Shown piece by piece: positions 38,235 to 51,769 of a DNA stretch of 64,000 bases; position 1 is the stretch's first letter, and every line of letters begins with the position of its first letter. Below the pieces are notes generated by a model. The model searched no databases, had not been told where the DNA came from, and saw nothing but the letters and a program-made list of their open reading frames with translations. The position numbers were made by a program, and so were the translations under genes. The stretch comes from Cyanophora paradoxa CCMP329 (taxonomy: Eukaryota; Plantae; Glaucophyta), in NCBI GenBank assembly GCA_004431415.1, contig QPMI01000689.1:50723-114722 (forward strand). Direction: 5' to 3'.

Positions 38235-39080
38235 TTACGGAATGGGATCATTCGGGAATGGTTCATTATAGAAATTCGATACTTGCGAATCGGGATTTAT
38301 ACAGTTGGCAACCGCCCATGCTGCTTCATCATTACGATATCCAAAAATCAATATATCATAACCCCCTACCTCTGATGCCCAAAAATCGAAACTGTTTGGT
38401 TGTGTGGCAGGATTTCTTGTGATCCATCCACGCCCACCATGGCCTACTGCTTGAACAAAGAAAGTATAACCTTCTAATCCTCCATTCTGAGAGCGACACA
38501 TAGAATACATTGCCTTAGGTAAAAGCTGATTAGCCAATTTCCATGGTCCGGCAATACCTTGGGGTTGAGTGGCATTTTGCGTATTTACATTAGCTCTAAT
38601 GATACCAAAAGCATACGGGGAATCCCCGCATGGAAGAAACATGCGAATTCTTTGGGGATTATCAGCATGTTCAGGTAAAGTGTCCGGAAAATCATTAAAG
38701 GCAGCAGAAGAGCCAAGCATTCCCGATACTCTACAGCCACCACCAATTATTGCTCCTCCTGATCTAATAACAGCAGCAGCCCTTGTATTTTCAAATTCAA
38801 ATGCTTTGATATCTACACCGTACGCATCAGGTTGTCCATTTGCTGATTGAAAATTCGCATTCGTTACAAGGAGCTGAGTTGTTTTTACCACACCCGAATT
38901 TTTATCCGCGCGTAGTTCTTTTACACGAATCATGCTGTTTTTATCAAAAGCATTACCAGAATTGGCTCGTTCTGTGGATTCAAGTCCACGAATTTCGTCA
39001 GACACTTCATGTTGTCTAAAATGAATTGCTGGACTCCCCAATGCGTAAACTGGTAATTGGACTCGATTATATTCGCCCAT
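38235..39080 (-). CDS. Hypothetical virion protein, orthologue of 28168-29013
   Basis: MGEYNRVQLP... shared. Confidence 0.85.
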   Translation of the reverse strand: MGEYNRVQLPVYALGSPAIHFRQHEVSDEIRGLESTERANSGNAFDKNSMIRVKELRADKNSGVVKTTQLLVTNANFQSANGQPDAYGVDIKAFEFENTRAAAVIRSGGAIIGGGCRVSGMLGSSAAFNDFPDTLPEHADNPQRIRMFLPCGDSPYAFGIIRANVNTQNATQPQGIAGPWKLANQLLPKAMYSMCRSQNGGLEGYTFFVQAVGHGGRGWITRNPATQPNSFDFWASEVGGYDILIFGYRNDEAAWAVANCINPDSQVSNFYNEPFPNDPIP

Positions 39081-39119
39081 TACCTCTTTTATTTAGAAGG
39101 ATAGAAAAATAAAGCTTCA

Positions 39120-42100
39120 TCACGGAATTCCATATGCTGTCCAGTGAATTGTAAATGTATATGTCGTATTTGCTGTAGCAGTCGCACCAGTAAGCAAGGT
39201 AACATACACTGTGGACATGGTTGAACTTGAATTCGATAATCCCAGTTTATAGTCAAGCGCTTGGGATGTCACAGGGGCTCCCTCCATTATTAAAGTAATG
39301 ACAGGAGGTTTTGTGTTGAATGCTGGGTTCCAATTTAAGATATAAGTGGCTTCTCCACGGCTATTGGCATTGAGGGGTCCTATACTCATCTGGAAAGTCC
39401 CAGATAGAAAGCTTTGCCTGATTTCATTCCATGTCGGGATTTTACTTAGACTATTTGTAGTACCAGTGGCCACCTCATAGAAAGACCTCGCATAAATGTT
39501 GGTGTTCACACTGAGTTTATCTACCAAAAGATTTGCTGAGAGCTGTGTATATGCTTCTGGATACGTGTATGGAAAGCCAAACCCATATTTCAGCTTGAAG
39601 TAATATCTCATGAAACTCTTTTCAGTTGGAGATAAAGCCCGATTAAATATTACTATTTCGGCTACCTCTCCCACAAAAGATGCAAATGATAACTCATTTA
39701 TTCCGATGGTTGACGAGTTTGACCAAAGGAAATTTCCAGTAATTTCGGGTGATACATCCGCACCATTCAAACCCACTGTTAATGTGGTAGGGGTTAAATG
39801 AAATTCAAATAAACTCCAAGAATTCAAGAAGCTTGCGGTTGAGACTTGCGTTAAAGTGGATGTGGTGATTCCAAGAGAATTTCCATTAGTTGCTCCCAGT
39901 GTGATATACCTTCCGTAGGTAGGATCGCCTGTGTCATCGTTTTTGACTACGAAATGTGATCGGTTACCTGTGTCCGTATGCTTTCGCACTGAAAATACAG
40001 TCATACCAGATGCAAAAATGTTTGATAATGAAGTGTTGTATAGAAATCTATATCCAGTAGAGATGTTTGCGCTGATCGCGTATTTATTTCCATTCAGCAC
40101 TGTCCCACTACTTATTGAAAACTTGGTTGCTGAACTAAACCCAATGGGATTCATATTCGGTAAAGCAAGTGGAAGCCCTTCTGCTCTATTGACCAATGTT
40201 TCCAGCACTGTGCCATTGACATCAGTTGAATTTGGATACCAGTGAAACACGCAATTGGATGTGAAAAGTGGGTTGGTATATGATAGCAACTGGTCAATTG
40301 GTGGTGATGTAGAAATTGGATAGAACTTAATTGACTGCTCTCCATTTACAATAGAAGGAGTGTAAAGGTTGCTTGAAACTACCAGGTTTGATGTGATTGT
40401 ACCTCCTGTTGTGGGTAAATAGTTGCTGAGCCATCCCAGAGTAACATTTGAGGTAACAAGTTGCGGATTTATTTTTTCAGCTATCAACCCTTGAACGATA
40501 TTTGAAGTGGTGTAAGGTTGGAGCCAGCTTTGAACAATGTTTGATGTGGGAATATTTGGAATGGTTACATTGCTGTTCACGGTCAGGTTGTCTACTTTAA
40601 GTTCCGGAGTGGACACCTCCATATGCTCCTCAGAAGTGTAGGAAGGTGTGATTTGAGGCACTGGGTTGTTAAGACCATACTTTTGCGATAGATAGTAGCG
40701 AATAAACGCCTTCTCATCAGCAGACAAAGCCCGATTGTAAATGATTATTTCCGCAATTAGTCCAAAGAAGCTTTCTATCCCAATCTTTTGAATTGTGAGA
40801 TTTGCCACTTCACTTAAATTGAAATTGCCTGATAATGTAGGTGATAAATCAACACTATTGAAGCCTACTGTGGTGATGCTTGAAGTGACATGATAATCAA
40901 ATAAAGCCCATTGGTCGTAGAAACTCGTGGTTATGGATGCTGTGGAAGTTGGTTGATACGCTCCATTTTTTAGATAACTCGTTATCCCAATAGAATCTAC
41001 ACCTTTGGTTCCAAATCTGATATTTCTGCCTGATGTTTGATCACTATAAATCATTAATTGAGCAGCAGCACCCATAGAGTCTGTGTAGTTCCTTCTCACA
41101 CAAAATATCGTCATCCCATTGGTGAACGGGTTTGCTATATATGGATTTGGTTGAGCCATGTAGGTTATTGTTCCTGTCATCCCAAACACTTTTTTCCCAT
41201 TGAGCAAACCACTCACCACAAGCGCCCCACTTGATACTTTAAGAAAAGAAGGCAAAGCATTGGGTAACCCAGATGCTCTATTTGTCATTTCTGCGATTGC
41301 TGTGTTTGAAGGCTCATCTACATGATACCAGTGGAATACACAGTTTGGTGTAGATAATGGATTTGTGTATGCTGAAAGTATTGTTAATGGAGGTATCAAG
41401 TTTTTGGTTATAACAAAATCTATGGATTGATTACCACTTCTTATGTTACTTGTGTAAAGGTTGCCGGAAACTGATAGATCGGATGTGATAGTTCCACCTG
41501 ATTTGGGCAAATAATCACTCAACCAACCTTGTGTTATGTTTGAAGTCACCAAAGGGCTTATCCATCCTTGAACAACATTAGATGCGGTCAATGGAGCTAT
41601 CCAATTTTGAACAACATTTGATGCCGTTAATGGAGCTATCCAATTTTGAACCACATTTGATGCTGTTAATGGAGCTATCCAACCTTGAACCACATTCGAT
41701 GTTGGATAATGTGGAAGGTTAGCATTGCTTGTAACTGTGAGATAGTCTATCACTGTGTCGGGTGATGTAATTTTCAACCCTCTGTAAATGGTTAAAGGTT
41801 GAGTGATCGGAAATCCATACATCATTTGGATGTAATATCTTACTTCTTGTTTTTCTGCTGTGGTTAATGCTCTGTTGAATACTATAATCTCAGCAATGCT
41901 ACCGCCATAGAAATGCCCAATACCGAAAAGATCAACTCTCGAATCAGGTAAATAATTGGTTCCTGTCGTTGTCCCAATATCAACTCCATTAAATCCTACT
42001 GTGTAGCTATTTTCTGTTATGGTTTGGTCAGAGTAATACCATTGATTTGAAAAAGATGGAACAGCGAATGAAGGTCTTGTTTGACTTACACCATTGATTA

Positions 42101-45100
42101 CAAATGAGCTGATACCAATTGAAGACCAAGTTAGGGTTCCATAACGCAATTGTCTATTTGGAGTTACTGATTTCTCACTCCTAAAATGGGAATCAAGCCC
42201 ACTTGTTGCTCTTCCATATCTCCCCACAAAGAAAAAGGTTAAACCGGCTGAATAATCAATAGTTCGAGTCGTAGTTGAATACATTGCAAAGTTATTGGCT
42301 GGTTCAATCGACAAACTCATCTGATTGTTAATAGCTACATTGGATGAGTAGTAGGGACTTCCAAGAACAGGAAGTGATGGAATACTTGATGAGATTCGAT
42401 TAAAAATGGAAGTTCCTGTTGCTGATTGCCCTTCTGTTCCTGATGCTTTCCATGCAAAAAGACAATTCGGAATATTTGAAGCGGGATCATTGCTGGCTGT
42501 AATTGAATACCATTCTCTGTAAAGTTGATTCATATTATGAAAATTGCTTGCCCCAATTGTGAGAGTTCCATTGACATTTAAATTGCTTGTGATTGTTCCA
42601 CCTGATATAGGTAAATAGTTTGATAATGCTGTTTGAATCATACCTTGAACCACATTTGATGTTGGATGATGAGGAAGATTAGCATTACTTGTAACAGTAA
42701 GATTATCAATCACTGTCTCAGGTGATGTGATCTTTAACCCCCTGTAAAATGTCAGAGGTTGAGTAATTGGAAACCCATACATTTGTTGAATATAATACCT
42801 CACATCACGTTTTTCATCATTTGTCAATGCTCTGTTGAATACTATAATTTCGGCAATACTACCTCCAACAGTCAGTCCAAGTCCAAAAAAGTTTACTCTG
42901 GAATTAGGCAAATAATTAGTCCCTGTGACAGTTTGGATATCTACACCATTCAAACCTACTGTATAAGAATTGGAGGTGATTGTTTGGTCTGTGTAATACC
43001 ATTTATTTAGCATAGAAGGAACAGTGATAGAAGGGGTCGCTTGTAGCGCTCCCGATATTACAAAACTTGTCATTCCAAGTATTGTATTTGACTTGATACC
43101 ATATTGAACAGTTCTGTTTGGTGATTCTGTCCTCATTATTCGTAGATGATCAACAACACTGGGTGACTGGTTGTATTTACCTATCGCAAAGTATGTTAAT
43201 CCTGATGACCAATCTATTGTTGCATGCGGATAGGAAAATGCAGCCATACTGTCTACGGAAGGAGTTGTTATAGTGAATTGGTTATTGATTTCTGTATTTG
43301 ATGTAAAATAAGAACTGTTTCCAAAAGCCACTTTTATTGATGGAATCAAAGCATTTGGGACTCTATTGAAAAGATTAGAATTGAACGCGGATTCACCGTG
43401 AACACCTGATGCTTTCCATGCAAAAAGACAATTTGGAATATTAGAAGCGGGGTCATTGCTTGCTGTAATAGAATACCATTCTCTGTAAAGTTGGTTCATG
43501 GTATTAAAGTTGCCTGAGCCAATCGTTAGAATTCCATTCACTTTTAGGTTGCTTGTGATTGTTCCACCTGTAAGTGGTAAATAGTTTGAAGAAATATGGT
43601 CTGTAATAGCTATGGTATCTGCCTTTGGAGCTAACCAATTTTGAACGACATTCGAAGTCGTTAATGGAGCAATCCATTCTTGAACCACATTTGATGCTGT
43701 TAATGTTGCTATCCATTCTTTAACCACATTCGATGCTGTTAATGGAGCAATCCATTCTTCAACCACATTCGATGCCGTTAAGGGTGCTATCCATTCCTGA
43801 ACTACATTCGATGCTGTTAAAGGTGCTATCCATTCTTCAACTACATTGGAAGTGGTTAAAGGTTCTATATTGGTATTGATACTGTCTATGCTTTCTTGTA
43901 TCTGTGTAATCTGGGCATTGATGGCAGTTATTTCTGCCTCTTGAAGACTTGAGCTTGTTTGGAAATCTTTGATAATAAAACCACCTCCTGGTGCTGGTGC
44001 TGTATATTGGAGGTTGTTAGCTATAAGACTTCCTGTTACTCGAAGGCTGTTTGTTTGGAGAAGAAGTTTGTTAGGGTCACTGGCGAAAGGATTGTCCAAT
44101 GGCTCAGGATAGCCGTATTTTTGGAGGAGATAACTTCGTATGTTGTCCTTCACGATTTCTGTTGTTGGTTTAATAATCACTATTAGCTCTGCTAAATCTT
44201 GTTTGGAGGTTGAAGAGCCAATACGACTTTCAGTAACAAGGTTATTGGGGAACATGTTTGTAACATTTTCAACACTTCTATTGCTACCATTGATCCCAAA
44301 TGTAACAGTGGAAGGAGAGACTGTTACTTCGTAGAGTGTCCATGTCGTCATTTCGGAGTATGTAATTTCTGCTTTTGCGTTACTTGGTGAAGTGCTTTCA
44401 CCTAATCCTGCTGCTCCAACCCCATTAGAAACCTGAATATAACAAGTCGCACCATTGTTCCATTTATTGATGCTCCAATTTGTGGTTCCATAACTCAAAG
44501 ATAAAACGTTCTCTACATTTGGAGGTGCTGTATCTGTGAATTTCGCGACGAAAAACACAGTTAAATGTTGCTGTGAAGTTTGGCTCATGAAAAGTTCACA
44601 CTCAGCCCCCCACGTATTATAGGCTGAAAAGTTGAAGTTAATTGTAGGATACGAATTAAAATAAGGTTTGTTGTTAGGACCTCCATTATTCTTAATTTGT
44701 GTCGAGTTCCCAGCAACATTACCAAACCCAAGAAGAAAATTCGGTGTCTCAGGGTTATTATCAAACCAAACGTCTCCTGCTCCGTTTCCAAGTCCACTCA
44801 CTATCGTTCCATCTTTCATATTGTCCCTTGCTCTGACCCAAACGAAAACATTAAGAACTGAAAGGACATTAAACGTCGAAACATCCAAATAATCCAATTT
44901 GAAAGTGTTCTCATATATTTTGAGTTTGCTGTCAGTGTTTCCTTGATTGCTCACGTTAAGATTTCCTGTGATTGTTCCACCTGTTAATGGTAAGTAGTTA
45001 TCTAACAACGCTTCTGAATCTGCTATCCAACCCCTCACAACATTTGAAGTGGTGTATTCATTTAACCATCCTCTTACAACATTCGAGGTTGTGCGATCTG

Positions 45101-48100
45101 TCAATAATGCTACTACACCATTGGTGGTTGCTAAGTTCATCCCTGTTACTTGTAGTTCCTGAGTCTTGATAAGTAGTTTATTATCATCTCTTGGTATTGG
45201 GTTTGAAGGGTCTTCCACAAATCCGTAGAATTGATGAAGATACCATCGTAAATTATATAGTTCCTCGGCTGTGAAGGCTCTTGTAAAACAATAGAATTCG
45301 CACAGGTCGAATTTTGAGTATTGACTTCCCAAATATACATACTTTACATCATTTCGAGGCAGGTGAGAACCATTTGATATTGAGAAGGTCTGTCTCTCTT
45401 TCGCATTAACGCCCACTTTTACGGATGTGCTTGTGATTGTGATGTCATAGATTGTCCAAGAATCTACTTCGTCAATTGTGAGTGGAACCCTGAAAGTAGA
45501 TTGGTCTAATTTACTGATGTTCAAAACGAAACCATCACCCCATTGACCTTTGGAAATACTCCAAATTTGCCCATTACTACCAAGTGTAGAAGACCCATCA
45601 AACTGTAAAATAGGTTCAAGCGGTTCAGCATTTCTTAACTTAATCACAAATGCGACAGTTATTCCTCCACTGAAATCGATGGTTTCATAGCCTGCTGAAT
45701 TTGTAGAAGTGAAGGAATAACGGAAAGTAGAGAAGCTATTGGTGTCTGCTACATCATAGTAGGGTTTGTTATTAGGACCTCCTGAGTTTCTGAATACTAC
45801 ACTTCCTGACTGTATCAGTTTTTGAATAACATTAGCATTTGCTTTATTAACAAGCTCATAGACCAGTACATTATTTTCCCAAGCATCATCCAAACTCGCA
45901 TTAAATCTTAGAAGGCAATGAGACAAACCCCCAACATCGAAATTTAAGAAGTTTAAAGGGGCTCTTGAAATCTCATTGTTCCCTATAACAATCTTATCCT
46001 TTACCTCCAGTTCTCTATTGACTGTAAGATCACCTGTAATGGTGCCACCTGTCAATGGTAAATATTTAGCAAGTTCAGCATCAAGCTCAGTCTCTGTCAC
46101 ATAGGGTATTAATGCTGCTGCCAGTGTTGTGGCATATTCAGTTTCTGTTACATAATCATTGAGTATAGTAGTTAATTCGGTTCCATCTATGTAATTCTTA
46201 TTTTCTAAATAATCCTCTGTGACCACTCGTGATATATTTTCGTTGTGAATGTTTTTTGCTGCTGCTCTCTGATTTATTTCTAAAACACCTTGCTTATCAA
46301 CATCATTATAGTTCGTTTTCTTCCACCCTATCTCACATTGCTTGTAATCGTCTCGATCTCCAACTAAATCATCAGGTAAGAGCCGTTCTCGGCTAAATAT
46401 TAGCTTTGGTCTTGATCCATCAAAAGCGCTAACATCAGTCACATTAATCTGAAGAGTCGCATCTTTGTCTACATAATTAATTGGATTGGCTGGAAGAGAT
46501 GGTATAGGTGGTAATGTTGCTGTCATTGGGATGTCGTCAGGGTAGTAACTTGTTAAATAGATACCTGGTTTGGTGTCTTTTATTTCAACACCTCCACCAG
46601 CTGCCACTAAATTAACTCTTGTAGGTGGTCTAATATAGAGTTCGCCTTCCATTGTGGTTCCAGCATTAATTCCGTGGCGATTGACATAATATGTATCTAA
46701 TAGTAATCGTTCTTCTGTGTCTATATTTTTATACAGACTCACACCATGTAGCCCATCATTCACAGCATTACCTGCTGATGCGAAAGTAGGTTGCTGGTCG
46801 ATTTCATCCCAATCGTGTCTGTGGTCTTCTGGTGGGAACAATTCTGGTACATCAATTTCGTCCCAAGTGTGTCTATGGTCTGCTGGTGGAAAGTCTTCTG
46901 GTATTCCATCGATTTCTCCCCAATCATGCCTATGATCCACAGGCGGAAATCTATCAGGTTTATTCTCGATTTCGTCCCAATCATGGCCATGGGGATCAGG
47001 TGGATATGTTTGTGGTTTATTTCGAATGTCCTCCCAATCCACTATGAAATCGAATAGATCAGGTGCGAAACCATCAGGTAAAAGCTGCTCATCAAAAGGC
47101 TCGTAGCGATCATAAGTTACAAGATTTGGGTCGAAACCATCTGGTAAGACATTATCCTCTTCAAATCGCCTATCTTCAAGAGGTATAACATTTACATCTG
47201 GTGATAAAAGCTCCTCAGCTGGTTGTTTGTAATCTGTAAATACTGGTTTGTTTCTGACTTTTTCCCAGCTAACTATGTGCTGCCCAAAGGCTACATTTTC
47301 CTCTGCTGTGTATTCCCTCCCAGGTTGCTTCTTTGGTGTAAGGTCAGGTGGATCCCACGGAAGCGGAAAGGGACAGGAACAGGACCGTAATGCTCAAAGA
47401 TTTCCCTTATAGTTTTCTCACTGACAAGCTTTTCACCATTGGCATACACATTGCTTCCATGGATATTTCGCCACTGCCTCGTCCTGATTCCAAGGTCTTT
47501 TGTGTTTGTGACCAAAGGTAAAAGGTGCCTATCCATTTCGACAAGATCAGGGTGTAAATGGATTGCTACTGGTTGAGTGGGGCTGCTGTTGATGGTAATT
47601 GATGGCTTTTTCTGGTGGACATCATTTGGAGTAAAAAACCCAAACGGCTCATTCCTCGCAAAGTCATATGTAATATCCTTGGGTATACATCATTAGTTGA
47701 ACAGACTTGATTCGTGTTCTGGAAATGGCCCACTTGTAATACTTGGGAACCTCTGTTTTTGTGGTGCTGCCCTCATTATAAATTCTTAAACCTGTGTTCT
47801 GTTTGCCCTGCTCATCTTGTACATTGAAAATCAAACGGCCACTATCACACCTTGATGGTATGTCTGGATGGGTTCCACTTGGTTTGAGTTTTCTCGGTCT
47901 CCTTCTGGTTGCCTTGATCTCTGCTACTTGATTGGCTTTCACATTGCCCAAACTAAAAGCTATACTGACATCCTCCTTGTCTGGATCGGTCTGATTTAAG
48001 GACAGGGCATGCTCCCTTGATTGAGTCTTTGAAGAACCGTCAGAGCTGTGGTCGATTGATATTGAACCTTTAACTTTTATATTATCAAAGTTCACATGCT

Positions 48101-48161
48101 TTGTGCTGCTGGAATTATCATCTTGAATTGTTTCCAGATTAGGGGGGTAATTAAAGCTCAT
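39120..48161 (-). CDS. Giant fibre/spike protein (~3000 aa; frameshifts in 47050-47750) with LamG/ConA-like repeats
   Basis: N-terminus MSFNYPPNLET matches the element 1 fibre. The 2640-aa open frame has ~6 domains ending (A/C)E(I/L/F)...(N/T)RA(L/F)...RYY...YG, plus TSNVVQ.WIAPL repeats; no S74 domain. Confidence 0.8.
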
Positions 48162-48204
48162 GGCTTTTACTATATGGATTTATAAAATTCCTTATAAGTA
48201 TTAG

Positions 48205-49755
48205 ATGCCTCACAAAATAGTCCTTAGTTTGTCAGGTGGCGGGGCAAGGGGCATTATCATTACCAGACTGCTCAAAGAAATCGAAAATCGAACTGGCAGG
48301 CGAATCATTGACCTTGTGGATCTTGTTAGTGGAACTTCCACGGGTGGGATCATTGCCATTGGGTTGAACATCAGGCATCCAGATAGGGCAGGCGAACCCA
48401 AACTCACAGCCAGTGATTTACATAATATTTACCTCACTCAGCTGCCCTTGATTTTCGCGAATCCTCGAAATATAATCGAAAATGCCCTTTTTAACACCAA
48501 GTATGATGTGGCTCCTTTAGAAAGCGCGATCAATTCTGTTACTGGCGAATCCCTCATTCAGGATTCTCTGAAGGACATTGTGATTACTTCGTTTGATACT
48601 CAGTACATGAAACCTATATTTATCACAAACGATAACAACTACAACTTTCTGCCCTGTAAAATAGCAGCAAGGGCTACCTCTGCTGCTCCCACCTACTTTT
48701 CTCCTGTGAGTATAGTTGATTTTAATCGAGGGGTAACTGCTTGCCTTATTGATGGTGCTATTTCAGGAAACAATAACCCAAGTGTGTGTGGCTATAGCCA
48801 TGCGAGGAAGATTTACAGTGATGATGATGACATTATAGTTATAAGCATCTCTTGTGGTGAGGTAGACCCATATTTAGAGTCTGATTATTTCGGCTATGGT
48901 TATGAGACTGTGAACAGTTGGGGCATTCTCTCATGGATTGCCTCAACAGATGGAAGCCCATTGATTAACATGCTCATGGCAGCAAGTGAGCTGTCAGCTC
49001 TTGACAAGATGGAGGAGTTGCTGCCTTACAACTACGATCAGGATTATGGGAGGTACTATAGGCTATCTGTTCCTCTTCCAAATCACATAGTCAAGTCCCT
49101 TGATGATACCTCTAAAATCCCCGACATGCTTTCGTTCACTGAGACATACATAGCAGCAAACAACACCATGATTAATAAGCTTTGCGATTTGCTGGTAGCA
49201 AACTATGAATTAAAGAACCCATCAAAAGCATACATCTCTTCCACTCTCACCCTGTCACCACCTTTGGATGCTAATTGGTACAAACTTGCTGATGATGCCT
49301 TTACTGCCTCCTCCTCTGTGACAGGTAAAGAGCCCCACATGGCTCGACCTTCATCATTTGGCTGGGAAGCTGGGGCATTTGCTCCAGAGCAGATATGGGA
49401 GACCCCACTGAGTACCTTCAAGTTGCGTTCCCATACACTTTTGAACTCTCTTCAGTGGTTGCCTATGGGTCAGGGACACCAATGCTTTATAAAGACTTTC
49501 AATGTGGCTACATCAACTAATGGGGTCAACTGGTCTTTTATTCGAGCCGAAGGGCAGAACAAAACATTTGTTTGTGAGAATATAAACAATGCTAATAATT
49601 CCGGCGATGTAGCTTTATTAAATGGTTACCCTCTCACCATCAAGGATGCTTTCTACATAGGGTTCTCTTTGAGAATCAAGTATGTTCGCATTTATCCCTT
49701 GTTTATGTCAATGCTCCACAATGAGAGTCGATTTACAGGTGCGTTTATTCGATAA
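48205..49755 (+). CDS. Patatin-like phospholipase - F5/8C fusion (compensating frameshifts near the 3' end)
   Basis: Near-identical to 20703-22259. Confidence 0.88.
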   Translation: MPHKIVLSLSGGGARGIIITRLLKEIENRTGRRIIDLVDLVSGTSTGGIIAIGLNIRHPDRAGEPKLTASDLHNIYLTQLPLIFANPRNIIENALFNTKYDVAPLESAINSVTGESLIQDSLKDIVITSFDTQYMKPIFITNDNNYNFLPCKIAARATSAAPTYFSPVSIVDFNRGVTACLIDGAISGNNNPSVCGYSHARKIYSDDDDIIVISISCGEVDPYLESDYFGYGYETVNSWGILSWIASTDGSPLINMLMAASELSALDKMEELLPYNYDQDYGRYYRLSVPLPNHIVKSLDDTSKIPDMLSFTETYIAANNTMINKLCDLLVANYELKNPSKAYISSTLTLSPPLDANWYKLADDAFTASSSVTGKEPHMARPSSFGWEAGAFAPEQIWETPLSTFKLRSHTLLNSLQWLPMGQGHQCFIKTFNVATSTNGVNWSFIRAEGQNKTFVCENINNANNSGDVALLNGYPLTIKDAFYIGFSLRIKYVRIYPLFMSMLHNESRFTGAFIR

Positions 49756-50677
49756 ACTCGAGCTGAAAAGAATTGTCAATTCCATTCATGTCAATGATGT
49801 CACCAAAGTAGTCTTTGAACTCAACTGTTAGTTCTCTCACCACCAGATGTCGGTCATTAATTCGAATAAACTCCCATGTTCACCATTATAGTAAACATAG
49901 CCTCCTATATCCTTGCTTAATTGGAGTCTCAGTATGGCGCCTTGGTTTTGTGGCTGTGATTTTGGACTATATTATGTCTGCTGGCAAAGGGAGCAAGTTC
50001 TTTGACATGTAAATAAAGGTACTGCTCAGCATTCATATCTGCCATCTTATTGCTGTAATAAACATATCTAAGAGGTGTGGATGAAAGTCTGGATCCCGAA
50101 AAGGTAGTTCCCACAAGGGGTGATTGAGTGTGATAGGTTTGCCATCATACTTTAGAAAATTCTCAGGGCGATATGGAGATTGAGAGGGCGAATTGTCATC
50201 CATAAATGAAGACTGGAACTCAGTTGAGCTTAACCCCAGAAGCTTACCAATACGCTTATTGCTTGCTCTTATACGGAAAAATCGGTTACTGTAGAACTCC
50301 ACTTTATAAGTGGTTGGATTGTAGAATAATTTGAATTCGAAAGCAACTGTTTTTCCTGCTATAGTTTCCTCATAGAACACATAGTTCAATCCATAGTTGT
50401 ATGGTTGGGTGACCCCAAAATGACCCTGATTGATATAACCGGTTGGCAGAGGAGAGATGTTGTAAGTTACTGTTTCAGTGACAGAACTATCCTGATAGGT
50501 GAATTCCACTATTAAATGATCTGTTCCCACACTATTGTAAATGCTGTTTGGAATTTCTGCGTAAATGATCCTACACTCTCGAGGTCTCTCTACTGGTGTT
50601 GTGAGGGCAACCCTGTAAGAGTTTTCGGTTTCACCTTGGCTGCGATCCCTGCTATCAACATTGACAAGCCGGTTCAT
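49745..50677 (-). pseudogene. Minor capsid protein B, frameshifted
   Basis: Fragments 50033-50677, 49929-50114 and the 3' end match 19781-20713. Confidence 0.8.
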
Positions 50678-50706
50678 TTTAATATATGAATATAGATAAA
50701 AGGAGA

Positions 50707-51715
50707 ATGCCCGTGGACTACATTGAGGTGAGCTCTTTTAATACAATCTCTGGTGACGGTCCTACTTCAAGCTTTGTAGCTCGACTTCCAAACATATATG
50801 AGAATGTGAGGGCTGTCAGGCTGGTCTCGGCCGAATTTTATAATAGTATCCCTATGGTGAGTGGTGAAACGCAACCAGGGATATTACAATTGATAATTCA
50901 TTCAGCATTTTTTGGAGTGAAGAATTCGATGGTGCTGGCATTGATGGCATTCCAACTACTCGACCAGCGGCCGGCTTTGAACCTTGGAAGCAATTAATCA
51001 TAAGTCGCAAAAACCCATTCAAAGCCACCAGCAATTGGTAAATGTAATTAATGCGAAATTCGATGATAGAGAGCCGGAACCATCTATTCGCTGTAAATGG
51101 GATGAGTCACTAAAACGAATTATATTCCACTCAGAGAAACCTTTCTATCTAGCCTTCTCTGTTGCTGGAAATCCAAACCAGAAAACGATCCAAAAGTTAC
51201 TGAGCGCTGCCCGATTGCTTGGTCTTGATCCCGGAAGATATGGAAATTCCCCAATCCAATCACAGGTTTATAATGCTCTTACTGATGGCATCTTTACTGG
51301 TGAACGGGTGAATGGTATTATATCTTCGTTTGAGCCTGAAAAGACCAGGGACAGTGTTTTATTTGTCAGAGTAAAAGAGTTGGGTGATCTGGTTCAGTGT
51401 GGGGATGGTCTCCTGACTGGTTACTTCCATAAAATAGTGGTTCCTGACAAGGACTACGGTGAGCATGTGGTTTACAATTCGACAGAATCCCACCCACTTT
51501 ACAAATACTATAACAAAAAAATGAGTTTGTCTACATTCTCTGTGGATATAGTAAATGCTATAAACGAACCAATTGATTTTGAGGGTCAACCTGTCCACCT
51601 CACATTTGAAATTCGCTATGGGGACGAGCCAGCAGGTGACCCTCTCTATGAATACTTTAAGATGCGGATGTCGCAAAGTCATCCAACATATCCGGTCATT
51701 GCGAGTTTCGGGTAA
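50707..51715 (+). pseudogene. Minor capsid protein A, frameshifted
   Basis: Fragments match 18741-19751. Confidence 0.8.
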
Positions 51716-51769
51716 ACACAAGGATCATTCGTAATTTTTTTATGTTACAGTATAATAAAAGCGAAAATC

